Source of the DNA: an uncultured Phycisphaerales bacterium
GTDB taxonomy: Bacteria; Planctomycetota; Phycisphaerae; Tepidisphaerales; Tepidisphaeraceae
DNA: 64,000 nucleotides
Direction: 5' to 3'
Assembly: GCA_963783845.1 (NCBI GenBank)
Contig: CAWAPL010000028.1
Span: 25,498 to 89,497, forward strand
Below the pieces are notes generated by a model. The model did no database searches. It saw only the letters and a list, made by a program, of their open reading frames with translations, and was not told where the DNA came from. This document shows positions 36,753-46,746 of this stretch, in pieces. Position 1 is the first letter of the stretch. Each line of letters begins with the position of its first letter. Both the position numbers and the translations under genes were made by a program.

Positions 36753-37873
36753 GCGCCCGCCAATCGTTGCACCCCGCACCGTTTCCGCTACCGTTACTCA
36801 CGAACATGCTTGGCGTTTTGCACCTTCACCCGGCCCATTGTGACTTTCAAACGCAGCGCTCCGTCGAAATGCTGTCGAAGGTCTCCAACAACGGCGTTTC
36901 AAAAGCCGCCATGAGCATCGGGCCCGGCGGCGATTTTACCAGCTTGCCGCAGGCGATTGTCGCGCTGCGGTCCTCGCGCGGACCGCATGCGCGCATCGTC
37001 CACGCCTGGGGCCCCGCGGAGCTTGTCGCCGCGGCCGCTTCGCCTTCTTCACGCATCATCTTCAGTCCGCAATCTGCGGTGAATCGCGCCTGGCGGCCGT
37101 GGATCAATCTCGTCCTGCGCCGCCGTCGGGTCGAAATCGTTTGCCCCACGGCCACATTGCGAAATGTCCTCATCGAGCGCGGGATGGCCGACGACCCATG
37201 CCACGTCATTCACCCCGGAGTTGATCTCGATCGGCTGCGCGAGCCGGACGCCAACGTTCGCGCTGATTTAGGCCTGGCTGAATCCGACGTGGTTTTGCTG
37301 GCACCCGGCGAATCCACCAGTGAGGCGGCCCATCGGTCGTCAATCTGGTCAGCGGCGATTCTGCATTTCCTGGACGAGCGCTACCGCCTGCTGACCTGGG
37401 GTCGCGGACCGTGCGTTGGGTTCCTGGGTCGCTTTACGCAGTCGGGCCGGCAGAATCATCTTTTGATTCAGGCGGAGGAACGACTTCATCGAGCCCTTGA
37501 TTTCGAGCAAATCATTCCCGCCGCCGACGCGGCAATCGTTTCCGCCCAGGCGTTGGCGCCGATCCTTCCAGTATTGATTTGCATGGCGGGCGGACTTCCG
37601 ATTGTCGCGGCGAGAACCCCGGCTTCGGATGAATTCCTGAAAGACAACGTGACGGCGTTGATTGAGCCGAGCGGCAACCCTCGCCGGCTGGCGCAGCGCG
37701 TCCTGGACCTGCAAACAGATCCTTCGTTGAAGCGCGGCATCGCCGCGGCCGCCTGCATCGAGGCGCACGAGCGATTCTCCGCGGCGCGCTTCATCGAGAA
37801 TTGGCAAAAGTTCTACGGCCGCCTTGGCTCGGATGATTCCCGCGCTTTCGCCACCCGCGCCTCGGCCTCTTGA
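36749..37873 (+). CDS. Glycosyltransferase family 4 (GT-B fold)
   Basis: 374 aa. The C-terminal half (...LPVLICMAGGLPIVAARTPASDEFLKDNVTALIEPSGNP...) matches the GT1/GT4 EX7E-type region. ATG overlaps the dtd stop. Confidence 0.75.
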   Translation: MSARQSLHPAPFPLPLLTNMLGVLHLHPAHCDFQTQRSVEMLSKVSNNGVSKAAMSIGPGGDFTSLPQAIVALRSSRGPHARIVHAWGPAELVAAAASPSSRIIFSPQSAVNRAWRPWINLVLRRRRVEIVCPTATLRNVLIERGMADDPCHVIHPGVDLDRLREPDANVRADLGLAESDVVLLAPGESTSEAAHRSSIWSAAILHFLDERYRLLTWGRGPCVGFLGRFTQSGRQNHLLIQAEERLHRALDFEQIIPAADAAIVSAQALAPILPVLICMAGGLPIVAARTPASDEFLKDNVTALIEPSGNPRRLAQRVLDLQTDPSLKRGIAAAACIEAHERFSAARFIENWQKFYGRLGSDDSRAFATRASAS

Positions 37874-39012
37874 AGGCCGCACAATTCCTCGCCGCACGCC
37901 AGCGGCGGCTGCCCGGCGGGAATTGCATCCTCGGGACATCCCTGTTGCCGGGAGGGCAGGCCATATCCCGATCTCAACGTCCGGCGATGCTGCAGAATCT
38001 GCTGCATCTCCCGCTTGGTCCCCTTCACGGGCGGCCCATTCGCAACAGCGTCATGGAGCATCGCCCAGGAGACTTCGGAGGCAACGACGCTGTCGCGTGC
38101 CGACGGCATCCCCAAATTCTTCCCCGCGGACACCGATCGGGCAAACGCATCGACCATAACGTCCAGCTTCTTGTCGTTGAACAGCCCCGTCTTCTTGACC
38201 GTGGCGTGGACGCCGTGCATTTCAATCGTGGCATCGATAAAATTGTGCCGCATTCGACAAATCCCCTTGGTTCCGATGGCGTCCAGATAGCAGTTATGCG
38301 TCTTCTCGATCGCCAGATGCCCGTAAACAAATCCCTGGGTGATGTCGAATACAACGCCGTTGGCAAAGTGGCCGTGGGCGTTCACCCACCACGGATCCTT
38401 GTGATCCCACATTCGAATTCCCTGGGCGTGCCATTTTTCGTATTCGCTGTGGGCATACCAGCGGGCAACGTCAACGTAGTGCATGCCGCAATCGTGAAAC
38501 GGCGGGCCTTCCGGCTCGTGGCCCTCGGTCGGCATGTGCCCGGGAGTCATGTGGCAAACGCGGACGATCGCCAGATCGCCGATTTCCCCTTCGGCGATAA
38601 ACGCGAGCATGTCCTTGTGATACCACGCATTGCGGTTGAACAGATTGACCGCGACCAGCCGATCGCTCGCCTCGATTTCCTTCACGAGTTGCCACTCCGT
38701 GGCAACGTCGGCGGCGAGCGGCTTTTCGGCGATGATATGCTTTTTCGCACGCAGCGCCAGAGAAATCTGCTCGGGCCGAGCGTCGGCCAGCGTAAAAAGG
38801 CCCACCACGTCGATGGATTTGTCCGTAAAGATGCGGCCCGGTTGCGACAGAACGTGCGCCCCGGCGCCGATCTGCCGGCCAACTCACGCGCAGTCGGCCG
38901 AGACGTCGCAGATTGCCGCGACTTCCCAATGTTCGCTCTGCTGCATCGCGGCGACGAAGCCTCGACCCATCCGGCCATATCCAACAATCCCGGCGCGCAA
39001 AGGTTTTCTCAT
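37813..39012 (-). pseudogene. Gfo/Idh/MocA-family oxidoreductase with an in-frame TGA (38884-38886)
   Basis: ATG 39012 gives MRKPLRAGIVGYGRMGRGFVAAMQQSEHWEVAAICDVSADCA, then TGA. The same frame continues VGRQIGAGAHVLSQPGRIFTDKSIDVVGLFTLADARPEQISLALRAKKHIIAEKPLA... (ORF 37813..38808). Confidence 0.8.
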
Positions 39013-39135
39013 GGTTTCTCGCAAAAAAATACCAAGGACTATGACGCATATTCTAGTCGATGCGGGAAAAACTCAATGGCGCCGGGGGTTGCGATCGGCC
39101 CGACATCAAGTTACCGTCGTTAACTGCGGTAGTTT

Positions 39136-39985
39136 ATGGCTGAAATGCTGTGGCTCAACGGCGAAATAATCCCATTGGCCGAAGGGCACGTGGGAATCGA
39201 AGACCGCGGCTTCCAGTTTGCCGACGGCGTGTATGAGGTCATCCGCCTCTACAACCGCAAGCCGTTCGCCCTCGACCAACATCTGCAACGCCTGCAAAAG
39301 TCCGCCGCGGGAATTCTGCTGGCCGTACCGATGGCGCTTCCGGCCCTCGCCGCCGAGATCGGAAAGTTCCTGGCCCGGGCGTCGGTGACCGAGGGAATGA
39401 TTTACCTGCAACTGACGCGCGGATGCGCCCCGCGCAGTCACGCGTTTTCGCAAACCAAGCCCACGCTTCTGTTTTACGCCCGCGCCCTTGGGCCGCTGGC
39501 CGACCTCGCGACCACCGAGGGCGTAAAGCTTATCACCGTTCCCGATGAGCGCTGGAAGCGTTGCTGGATCAAATCCATCGCGCTCCTGCCCAATGTCCTG
39601 GCCAAGAATCAGGCCCTCGCCGCTGGCGCCGACGAAGCCGTCTTCATCGAAAACGATCGCGTGACGGAATGTTCCTCCAGCAACGTCTTTGCCGTGATCG
39701 GCCGGCGTCTCGTGACCCACCCGGTTGGCGCAGAGGTCCATGCCCGGAATCACGCGCGCGATCCTGCTGGAGTTGGCCCCCAAGCTGGAATTGACCGGGG
39801 ACCAGCGCCCGTTTGGCGAGGAAGAAGCTCGCCGGGCCGATGAGTTGTTCATCACCAGCACCACTCGCGAAATTTCGTGGGTTGCCCGCTGGAACGACCG
39901 CAACGTCGGCCAAGGCCGCTGTGGCCCGGTCACGCTCAAACTGAATGCCGCCCTGCGCGAAAAAGTGCGGCGCGATACCGCGTAA
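39136..39985 (+). pseudogene. dat: Class IV (D-amino-acid/branched-chain) aminotransferase, frame-disrupted as sequenced (shift near 39738)
   Basis: GIEDRGFQFADGVYEVIRLYNRKPFALDQHLQRLQKSA...IYLQLTRG (ORF 39136..). It continues as PGITRAILLELAP...ELFITSTTREI in ORF 39725..39985. Confidence 0.82.
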
Positions 39986-40021
39986 ATAGCCGGCCGCGAA
40001 TCTCGAACGGCGGTCAGGATT

Positions 40022-40047
40022 CCGCCGCGAGGCCGCGGCGGCTAAAC
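40022..40047 (+). repeat. REP hairpin CCGCCGCGAGGCCGCGGCGGCTAAAC (solo copy)
   Basis: Identical to the copies that flank the RAYT gene at 42654 and 43345. Stem CCGCCGCG/CGCGGCGG. Confidence 0.85.
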
Positions 40048-40082
40048 CTGTGCGTGGGGTTCGATGATCGCGGGCGTTCGAT

Positions 40083-40277
40083 TCACATTCGCGGATCGTC
40101 CTCCGGCTCAACTTTCCCCTCGCTGTCCTTCAGATCGTTGAGCAGATCGACGTAATCCGCATCGTCCAGCTCAAACCAGTCGGGGATGGCCGCCGTCGAA
40201 CATCCGCGGCGCTGGGCCAGCGCATCGACAATCCGGCGGCGGAGATCGGAGTCGAGGATTTCGCGGATTCGGATCAT
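40083..40277 (-). CDS. Small acidic hypothetical protein
   Basis: ATG 40277 within ORF 40083..40316: MIRIREILDSDLRRRIVDALAQRRG...DDADYVDLLNDLKD. Downstream of the zinc-ribbon gene. Confidence 0.4.
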   Translation of the reverse strand: MIRIREILDSDLRRRIVDALAQRRGCSTAAIPDWFELDDADYVDLLNDLKDSEGKVEPEDDPRM

Positions 40278-40315
40278 TGGAGCATTCTCCTTCATTCCCA
40301 CGACTGTGAAAACCA

Positions 40316-41039
40316 TCAGTTGATCTTTTTGCCGTCGAGATTCAGCGATTGATCCTCATCGGTGACGCTGCCTTCCACCTTGTGAATTTGACCCAAGATC
40401 GGAACGTCGGCCTCAAATCGCATGGTCCGCGGGTGAAATTGGCCTTTATAGTTGCCCTCGGTTGTGCGACCCTGAATTTGCAAGGATTCCGGCAAATGAA
40501 TCATGATCACCGGATCCTCAAATACAACGTTCAACGCCTTATGCCGTGAAATCGCCGTGTCTTCATCGCCGACGGCGAATCCCGCGTACACGTGCTGAAT
40601 CGCGCGCGTGATCTGCGAAACGATGTTCCCTTCGGCCGTGGGTTCAATCTTTTCCAACTGGTGGCTGGCCTTCACCGGGCCTTGTTCGACCAGGAAGATC
40701 GCGCTCGGGTACGACGATCGCCAGAAGCACGAGCAGCACAATGAGGGGATGCACATGGATCGAAACGCGGGAGGGTTTATCCGCGGCTACGCGACCGGGC
40801 CGGTGGAACGAGGGATACGCGGGCAACGCGGGCCCCCTCGTGTTTGCCGCTTGGGGCTGAACCGCGACCTTTGCCTCGCGGATTGGTTCATCCGCAAGCT
40901 CAAGAGGCTGCGCCGGCGCTTCGGCCGCCGCCGGAACCGTCACCGTTCGTCCGCAGGCTTTGCAACGTCCCCGTTTGCCGGCGAATTGGTCGCCGACGCG
41001 AAATCGCTTGCCGCACTCGCAGGAGACCTCGATTGACAT
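40316..41039 (-). pseudogene. Zinc-ribbon / single-TM / periplasmic-domain protein, frame-disrupted as sequenced (shift near 40705)
   Basis: MSIEVSCECGKRFRVGDQFAGKRGRCKACG (zinc ribbon, ORF 40644..41039). A TM helix HPLIVLLVLLAIVV continues as SAIFLVEQGPVKASHQ... in ORF 40316..40756. Confidence 0.6.
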
Positions 41040-41069
41040 GCTTGGCCTGTCTCGATCAACCTCTCGAAT

Positions 41070-42629
41070 TTAAAGCCCGTATTCCTTCCACCGCCGCTCA
41101 ATCAGCTCTTTGGTCTTCTGATCCATCTCCAGTTCCGTGGGCCATTTCCGCACCTTTCCCTCGCCGGGCCATTTCACCGTCGCGTCGAAGCCGATCTTGC
41201 TTCCCGCGCCGTGTTCGGGGCTGGCATGATCGAGAATGTCCACCGGCCCGTGAACGATCTCGCTGTCCCGCTCCGGATCGCAGTTTGAAAACAGACGAAA
41301 CAGCACGTCCTGCTCGTCATGCACGTTCACGTGCTCATCCACGACGATGATGAACTTGGTAAACGACATCTGCCCCGCGCCCCAGATCGCGTGCATCACC
41401 CGCCGCGCGTGATACGGATATTCCTTGCGAATCTTCACGAACGCGCAATTGTGGAAAACGCCGCTGATCGGCAGGCTGTAATCCACGATGTCCGGCACCA
41501 TCGTCCGCAGCAGCGGAAGGAAAATCCGCTCCGTCGCCTTGCCCAGGAAATAATCCTCCATCGGCGGCTTGCCGACGATCGTCGTCGGATAAACCGGGTT
41601 TTTCCGATGGGTGATCGCCGTGACGTAAAAGGCGGGATACCAATCGGCCAGGCTGTAAAATCCGGTGTGGTCGCCGAAGGGGCCTTCCAGCAGTTTCTCC
41701 CGCGGATCGACGTATCCCTCGATCACGATTTCAGCATTGGCGGGCACTTCGAGGGGAATCGTCCGGCAAGGAACCAGCTCGATTCCGCGGTCGTTTAGGA
41801 ATCCAGCGAAGAGCAGTTCCTCGATGCCCGGCGGCAGGGGGGCCGTCGCCGCGTAGGGCAGCACGCTTTCGCCGCCCAGAACGATCGCCAGCGGCATTTT
41901 CTCTGCGCGCTTCTGATACATGCGAAAGTGCCGCGCTCCATCGTGGTGCATGTGCCAGTGCATGGCGCATTTTCGGGGGCCGAATTGCTGCACGCGGTAC
42001 ATTCCGATGTTGCGATCTCCGTTCTCGGGGTCTTGAGTGAAAATGCCGCCCAGGGTGATGTATCGTCCGCTTCCGCGCTCGGTCGCGGCCGCGCTTGCCG
42101 CCGAGTCAGCCACTTGCCCGCTGTCCAGATCGCCGTCCAACGGCCAGCACTGGATAATTGGAAGCCGATTCAAATCCGCCTTCTCCCCTTCGAGCACCAC
42201 CTGCTGACATATCCCGCTGCGGACGGATTTGGGCGGAAAACTCCCCAGCTTCAGCAAGTCCGGCAACTTCTTCATCTTTTCGAGCAGGGTGGTTGGCATC
42301 TCCGGCTTGACCAGGGCCTGCACTCTGTCGGCCAACTCGCCGAGGGTTTGCGTCCCCAGCGCCTGGTTCACCCGCCAATACGATCCGAAAGTGTTGATCG
42401 CGACGGGAATGTCGGATCCGGAAACGTTCTCGAAGAGCAATGCCTTGCCGCCAAGTGCCGCCGCCGGGGACCGATCCAATTCCTGATGCCCGTGCGGGGC
42501 AGGCATTTTGCAGACCCGATCGCAGATGGCAGCGATCTCGAGTTTGGGATCGACCCGGGCGGTAACGTGCGCCAATTCGCCCTCGCGTTCCAAGAGGTTC
42601 AGAAATTCGGAAAGGGTTTCGGTTGCCAT
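41070..42629 (-). CDS. UbiD-family (prenyl-FMN dependent) decarboxylase
   Basis: ATG 42629 (MATETLSEFLNLLEREGELAHV). ...RNIGMYRVQQFGPRKCAMHWHMHHDGARHF...GGESVLPYAATAPLPPGIEELLFAGF... is typical UbiD. Confidence 0.9.
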   Translation of the reverse strand: MATETLSEFLNLLEREGELAHVTARVDPKLEIAAICDRVCKMPAPHGHQELDRSPAAALGGKALLFENVSGSDIPVAINTFGSYWRVNQALGTQTLGELADRVQALVKPEMPTTLLEKMKKLPDLLKLGSFPPKSVRSGICQQVVLEGEKADLNRLPIIQCWPLDGDLDSGQVADSAASAAATERGSGRYITLGGIFTQDPENGDRNIGMYRVQQFGPRKCAMHWHMHHDGARHFRMYQKRAEKMPLAIVLGGESVLPYAATAPLPPGIEELLFAGFLNDRGIELVPCRTIPLEVPANAEIVIEGYVDPREKLLEGPFGDHTGFYSLADWYPAFYVTAITHRKNPVYPTTIVGKPPMEDYFLGKATERIFLPLLRTMVPDIVDYSLPISGVFHNCAFVKIRKEYPYHARRVMHAIWGAGQMSFTKFIIVVDEHVNVHDEQDVLFRLFSNCDPERDSEIVHGPVDILDHASPEHGAGSKIGFDATVKWPGEGKVRKWPTELEMDQKTKELIERRWKEYGL

Positions 42630-42648
42630 GGGGTAAAGGCAATTGAAA

Positions 42649-43284
42649 TCATACCGCCGCGAGGCCGCGGCGGCTAAACTTGTGTGCCGGATCAGCGCCA
42701 AATGGTTTCGCGAACGGCCAAGCCTGCTTCGGCAGGCCGTGCTTCTCTGGATTGCCGTTTACATATTGCGCCGCGCCGTCAATTTCGACGCGGGTGTTCA
42801 GATAGCGTTCCCAACCCCCGTCGGCCCATGGCGTGGGAGTTCGGCCGGTTGGATCGGCAAATCTCGCCAGAGGATGCAGACCCTCTTGCGTCAATTGCCT
42901 CGTGGCCGCGGATTTCAGAACGCGGGCGATAAACTCAATCGGCTCTCGGTGCCGCTGGGAAACGACATGAACGTGGTCCCAAAGAATCGCGCACGCATGG
43001 AGCACGATGCCGAAACGTTCGACGGCATCGGCGAATCCCCGGGCGATGCATTCGATCTGCTGGCGCGTGAACCGGACGGCGGGAAACTTCAGTGCATCGC
43101 GCATTTCTCGCCGGAGATTCGGATCGTACGGTCGATTTGCAAGAGATCGCTTTTCCGTCGTCTTGGTCGCCGGTCCGAATCGGCGCAAATGCGGCGCCCA
43201 GACCTCCGTGGACCACGATCCGCGTTGTTCGTTGGGAAGCCAGAACCCGTAGGCGCTCCAAATGGCTTGGTATGCGATGACCAT
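42649..43284 (-). CDS. REP-associated tyrosine transposase (IS200/IS605 Y1 HUH family, RAYT)
   Basis: 211 aa with the HUH motif WDHVHVVSQ and the catalytic Tyr region AAQYVNGNPEKHGL. Flanked on both sides by the same REP hairpin. Confidence 0.85.
   Translation of the reverse strand: MVIAYQAIWSAYGFWLPNEQRGSWSTEVWAPHLRRFGPATKTTEKRSLANRPYDPNLRREMRDALKFPAVRFTRQQIECIARGFADAVERFGIVLHACAILWDHVHVVSQRHREPIEFIARVLKSAATRQLTQEGLHPLARFADPTGRTPTPWADGGWERYLNTRVEIDGAAQYVNGNPEKHGLPKQAWPFAKPFGADPAHKFSRRGLAAV
42654..42679 (+). repeat. REP hairpin (left flank of the RAYT gene)
   Basis: CCGCCGCGAGGCCGCGGCGGCTAAAC. It overlaps the 3' end of the RAYT ORF. Confidence 0.85.
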
Positions 43285-43301
43285 GGACGTCGTGCCCTGA
43301 T

Positions 43302-43370
43302 GTTTAGCCGCCGCGGCCTCGCGGCGGTGTTAATCGGGATGATACCGCCGCGAGGCCGCGGCGGCTAAAC
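43302..43370. repeat. REPIN: two inverted REP copies (right flank of the RAYT gene)
   Basis: GTTTAGCCGCCGCGGCCTCGCGGCGG (43302-43327) and CCGCCGCGAGGCCGCGGCGGCTAAAC (43345-43370) in inverted orientation. Confidence 0.85.
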
Positions 43371-43611
43371 ATCGTTCAAATGCCCCTCCATCTCGGTTGA
43401 CTACGTCTCCTTCCAATGGCATGATAAGCGCTCGATATTTCCGGTCATGGATGACCGGGGCTGCAACGGGTTCCCAGCCTGATTCCAGGGAACTTTTTGG
43501 ACCCTCCTGCATCCAATTCAATGTCGAGCTTGAGCGGCGCAATACGAGGCCGAGCTTCCCCCCAAAAGCGAGGCCCAGGGTGCGGCCCGCGGTCGCGATC
43601 GGGAAACGGCT

Positions 43612-44211
43612 TTGTTCCTCAAGGCCCGTGGCGGCGACCGCTCGGCTTATGGTCAAATTGTCGTCCTCTATCAGGATCGCCTTTTCAATGCCCTGCTCAG
43701 AATGCTGGGCGAAACCGAAGAAGCACGCGAGTTGACTCAGGAAGCCTTTACGCGCGGGCTGGACAAGATCGAAACGTTCCGCGGCGAGTCCTCGCCCTAC
43801 ACCTGGATTTTCCGCATCGGCATGAACCTGGCGATCAGCAGCCTGCGCCGCTCCCAGCGAGTCCACACATTCTCGCTGGATGGCACGTCGAGCGGCGGAA
43901 ACGGCATGCACCGTCATGACGATCAGGCCGCGGCCCTTGTGGAACGCGTCGCCTCGAACACTGACGAGCAGCCGCCGCAAGCGGCGGAACGGCGCGAACG
44001 GCACCAGATGGTGCTGGATGCCTTGAGCCGCCTCGACGGCGAATACCGCGCGGTCTTGATTATGCGAGACGTGGAAGGATTCGACTATCAGCAAATGGCC
44101 GACGTGCTGGGCCTGCCGCTGGGAACCCTGAAAAGCCGGCTTTTCCGTGCGAGACTTGCCTTGCGCGACGAATTGGCCCCTTATCTGTCTGACAAGATCA
44201 GGCACAAATAG
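43612..44211 (+). CDS. ECF-type RNA polymerase sigma factor
   Basis: Region 2 YQDRLFNALLRMLGETEEARELTQEAFTRG, region 4 YRAVLIMRDVEGFDYQQMADVLGLPLGTLKSRLFRARLAL. The TTG start is uncertain. The frame is open from 43534, and a C6 run at 43558-43563 may hide another indel. Confidence 0.85.
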   Translation: MFLKARGGDRSAYGQIVVLYQDRLFNALLRMLGETEEARELTQEAFTRGLDKIETFRGESSPYTWIFRIGMNLAISSLRRSQRVHTFSLDGTSSGGNGMHRHDDQAAALVERVASNTDEQPPQAAERRERHQMVLDALSRLDGEYRAVLIMRDVEGFDYQQMADVLGLPLGTLKSRLFRARLALRDELAPYLSDKIRHK

Positions 44212-44215
44212 CGCC

Positions 44216-45631
44216 ATGGAAAACATCGAAGCCATGTTGTGCGCCTATATCGAGGGGGACACTCGACGCAGCGGGCCGCGCCAGATCGAAAAGCACCTAC
44301 AGGATCATCCGCAGCATCGGAAGCTGATTCAGGAATTGAGCGCAATGCGCGAACTCGTGCGCGAGTTGCCGCGCGTCAAGGCGCCGATGGAGCTTGGCGA
44401 ATCGCTGCGCGGCAAGGCCGAGCGCTCCCTGTTGCTGGGTGACACGGGGGACGCCGTTCAGCACGGCGCCCACGGAAATCGTTGGCCGCAGATATTCGCC
44501 ATCGCCGCGATATTCCTGCTGTGCGCCTCGCTTGGCCTGGTTCTTTACAAGGCGCTGGGTCCCACGATGAAGCCGGCGGTGTTTACGGAGCCGGTGGCAT
44601 CAAAGCTATCCGTAATCCCACCGGCCGATCTGATCGCCTCGCCGTCCATGCCAAGAACGCGGGAATCATTGGCCGCGAATGTCTCAACGGAAATTCACCA
44701 GATTGAGCCAGGATCGCCTGCGATTGGTTCGTTCGGCTCGGCGGCCGTTCGGTTGTCAACAGCTTTACAACAGCAACAAGCCGTTGTCTCCACGCAGTTC
44801 AACGTGGAGGCCATCCGCCGGCGGTTGCTGATTTCCGGATATGACATCGCCGGGGCCAATGCGTCCCCGCCCGTGGTGATGGTTGTGAGCAGCAAGGATC
44901 TCCCGGCCACCAATGCCCAGGTGACGCAGTTTCTTAACGGCAGCAGCGGAATCTCATGGAAGAAGGTGCCGGCCAATGTCGAGGCAAAATCGACCCCCGC
45001 GACCGTTCCCAGCGCCGAGGTCGCCAAGCAGATGTTGACCGGCGCCGATGACAAATTCAATTTGGGTCGGGAGTCTGGCGCCCCCGCGACGCAACCGGCC
45101 AGTGACGTGTACGTCGCCAACGGGCTGACGCCGCAACAGGCCGATGCGCTGCGGCAATCCTTGGCCGTGCAGCAAAACGGCGCCGAGGTTCAGGTTTTCC
45201 TGCAGCCGGTCAGCGTTCCTGCGACGAGCCAGCCCTCGAGGGGAATGACCGCGAAAAGCGCCGAATCGAATCTTTTTGGCGCTGCGGCTTTGCCGGCCAC
45301 GGAGCCGTCCGAGGCGGCCAATTCAGGCGGTGAACTGGCCGCGCCGACCACCTTGCCGGCTAATGAATCAGCCGCCGCACAGCCTTTGGTCGCTACGGGC
45401 GGCAACCGCGTTTCTGCCGGCGCCAATGGGGTATTCGATGCCAATGGCGCCGCGGCGCTTTCGGATTACTCGCAGATTTTGCAGCCCGTGAACGCCGTGA
45501 TCGTGATTCAGCCCACGTCGGCGGCGGCTTCCATGCCGGGCTCAGCCCCACAACTTCTTCCCACCGTGCGCGTGCCTGCTGAAGAAAACTCCTCGCCGGC
45601 CACCCAGCCTGCGCCCTCAACTCAGCCCTGA
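44216..45631 (+). CDS. Anti-sigma factor (zf-HC2-like N-terminus, single TM, long low-complexity periplasmic part)
   Basis: ATG 44216 lies 2 nt after the sigma stop. MLCAYIEGDT...IEKHLQDHPQHRKL, and the TM helix WPQIFAIAAIFLLCASLGLVLY. Confidence 0.7.
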   Translation: MENIEAMLCAYIEGDTRRSGPRQIEKHLQDHPQHRKLIQELSAMRELVRELPRVKAPMELGESLRGKAERSLLLGDTGDAVQHGAHGNRWPQIFAIAAIFLLCASLGLVLYKALGPTMKPAVFTEPVASKLSVIPPADLIASPSMPRTRESLAANVSTEIHQIEPGSPAIGSFGSAAVRLSTALQQQQAVVSTQFNVEAIRRRLLISGYDIAGANASPPVVMVVSSKDLPATNAQVTQFLNGSSGISWKKVPANVEAKSTPATVPSAEVAKQMLTGADDKFNLGRESGAPATQPASDVYVANGLTPQQADALRQSLAVQQNGAEVQVFLQPVSVPATSQPSRGMTAKSAESNLFGAAALPATEPSEAANSGGELAAPTTLPANESAAAQPLVATGGNRVSAGANGVFDANGAAALSDYSQILQPVNAVIVIQPTSAAASMPGSAPQLLPTVRVPAEENSSPATQPAPSTQP

Positions 45632-45685
45632 ATTCGTGCAAATAACGGCTTTGCCGGGTAACGTGTCGGCGCAAACGGAGCTGAC

Positions 45686-46576
45686 ATGCATCCGGTGACG
45701 ATTGAAAACAGCGCCATTCGCATGGAAATCTGGCCGCAGATTGGCGGAAAGGTTTCCAGCATCATTGACAAGGCCGATCACTACGAACTGCTTTTTAATT
45801 ATCCAGCCGAGTTGCCGGATTCACCTCATTACGACGCTCCCTACAGCGACCATTGGTACAGCGGATGGGATGAATGCTTTCCCGCCGTCGCTCCCAGCAT
45901 TTATCCGCGCCATCCATATAACGGCATCGCCGTGCCGGACCACGGTGAACTTTGGGGAATCCCCACGACCACGGCCGTGCCGGCCAAGGATGGCATCACC
46001 ACGGTGTGGCACGGCCTGCGATTCGGATACCGGCTCACACGCAAGCTCTATCTCCAGGATTCATCCATCGTCGCCGAGTACAACCTGGCAAATCTGGCCC
46101 CATTTGAATTTCGATTCGTTTGGGCGCTGCACAGCCTGATGTCCATGGTTCAGCCGGTGGAATTGAGCGTGGAGCAGGGCCGCTTTCGATTGAGCCACGA
46201 TGCCACGATTAAACGAATCGACAAGGATTTCACCTGGCCTTCGGTGGCTCCAAATGAGAGTTTTTCCAATCTCGAATCGTTGCCGGCAAAGCGAAGCTGG
46301 AAGAGCTATTCCGCCGATTCGATCCAAGGGGCATTCCTCGTTTCCTACCCCACGCGAAAGCGCTCGCTGCGCATCGAATACGAATCGGATGATGGTATGC
46401 CCGCGTATTGGGGCCTGTGGGTCAACACGGGCGGCTGGGCAGGGAATCGCCATTTTGCCATCGAACCCACCACCGGTCGCTTCGATGAGATCGACCGTTC
46501 CATCAAAGACGGTTCCGCCGGGCAGGTCGATCCGTTCGGCCGCCGGCAGTGGACCGTCCGCTGGTCCCTAGGATAA
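45686..46576 (+). CDS. Galactose-mutarotase-like fold protein (aldose-epimerase-like, tentative)
   Basis: 296 aa: IENSAIRMEIWPQIGGKVSSIIDK...GWDECFPAV...VPDHGELWG... resembles the epimerase-like family pattern. Weak assignment. Confidence 0.5.
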   Translation: MHPVTIENSAIRMEIWPQIGGKVSSIIDKADHYELLFNYPAELPDSPHYDAPYSDHWYSGWDECFPAVAPSIYPRHPYNGIAVPDHGELWGIPTTTAVPAKDGITTVWHGLRFGYRLTRKLYLQDSSIVAEYNLANLAPFEFRFVWALHSLMSMVQPVELSVEQGRFRLSHDATIKRIDKDFTWPSVAPNESFSNLESLPAKRSWKSYSADSIQGAFLVSYPTRKRSLRIEYESDDGMPAYWGLWVNTGGWAGNRHFAIEPTTGRFDEIDRSIKDGSAGQVDPFGRRQWTVRWSLG

Positions 46577-46700
46577 CGGCGCGAGTCGCCAATCCCCAAA
46601 ATTATTTGCTCATTTCGGTTAACTTTTTGCATTTGGGCGCATTCTAAGGTTGGAAGCCGCGCGATATTTGGCGCGTGAGCCGATCTTTCCCTCCCCTGAG

Positions 46701-46740
46701 CCCCGGATGCACCTCCCCGCGTCCGGGGTTATTTTATTTC
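46701..46740 (+). terminator. Terminator candidate
   Basis: CCCCGGA-N14-TCCGGGG followed by TTATTTTATTT, between convergent genes. Confidence 0.35.
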
Positions 46741-46746
46741 CGGAAT

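Noticed and set aside
38884-38886. Selenocysteine recoding of the in-frame TGA
   Set aside because: No sel genes or tRNA-Sec are in the window. The downstream hairpin potential is no better than the GC-rich background, and Sec is not known to me in this enzyme family at this position. A nonsense mutation or base error is the more parsimonious reading.
37870-39123. 417-aa plus-strand ORF overlapping the Gfo/Idh/MocA gene
   Set aside because: The minus strand carries the Rossmann GxGxxG and EKP motifs. The plus-strand product has no motifs and is Arg/Pro/Gly-rich.
43330-44235. 301-aa minus-strand ORF opposite the ECF sigma factor
   Set aside because: The plus strand encodes textbook sigma region 2 and 4 motifs. 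The minus-strand ORF starts within the REPIN and lacks any motif.
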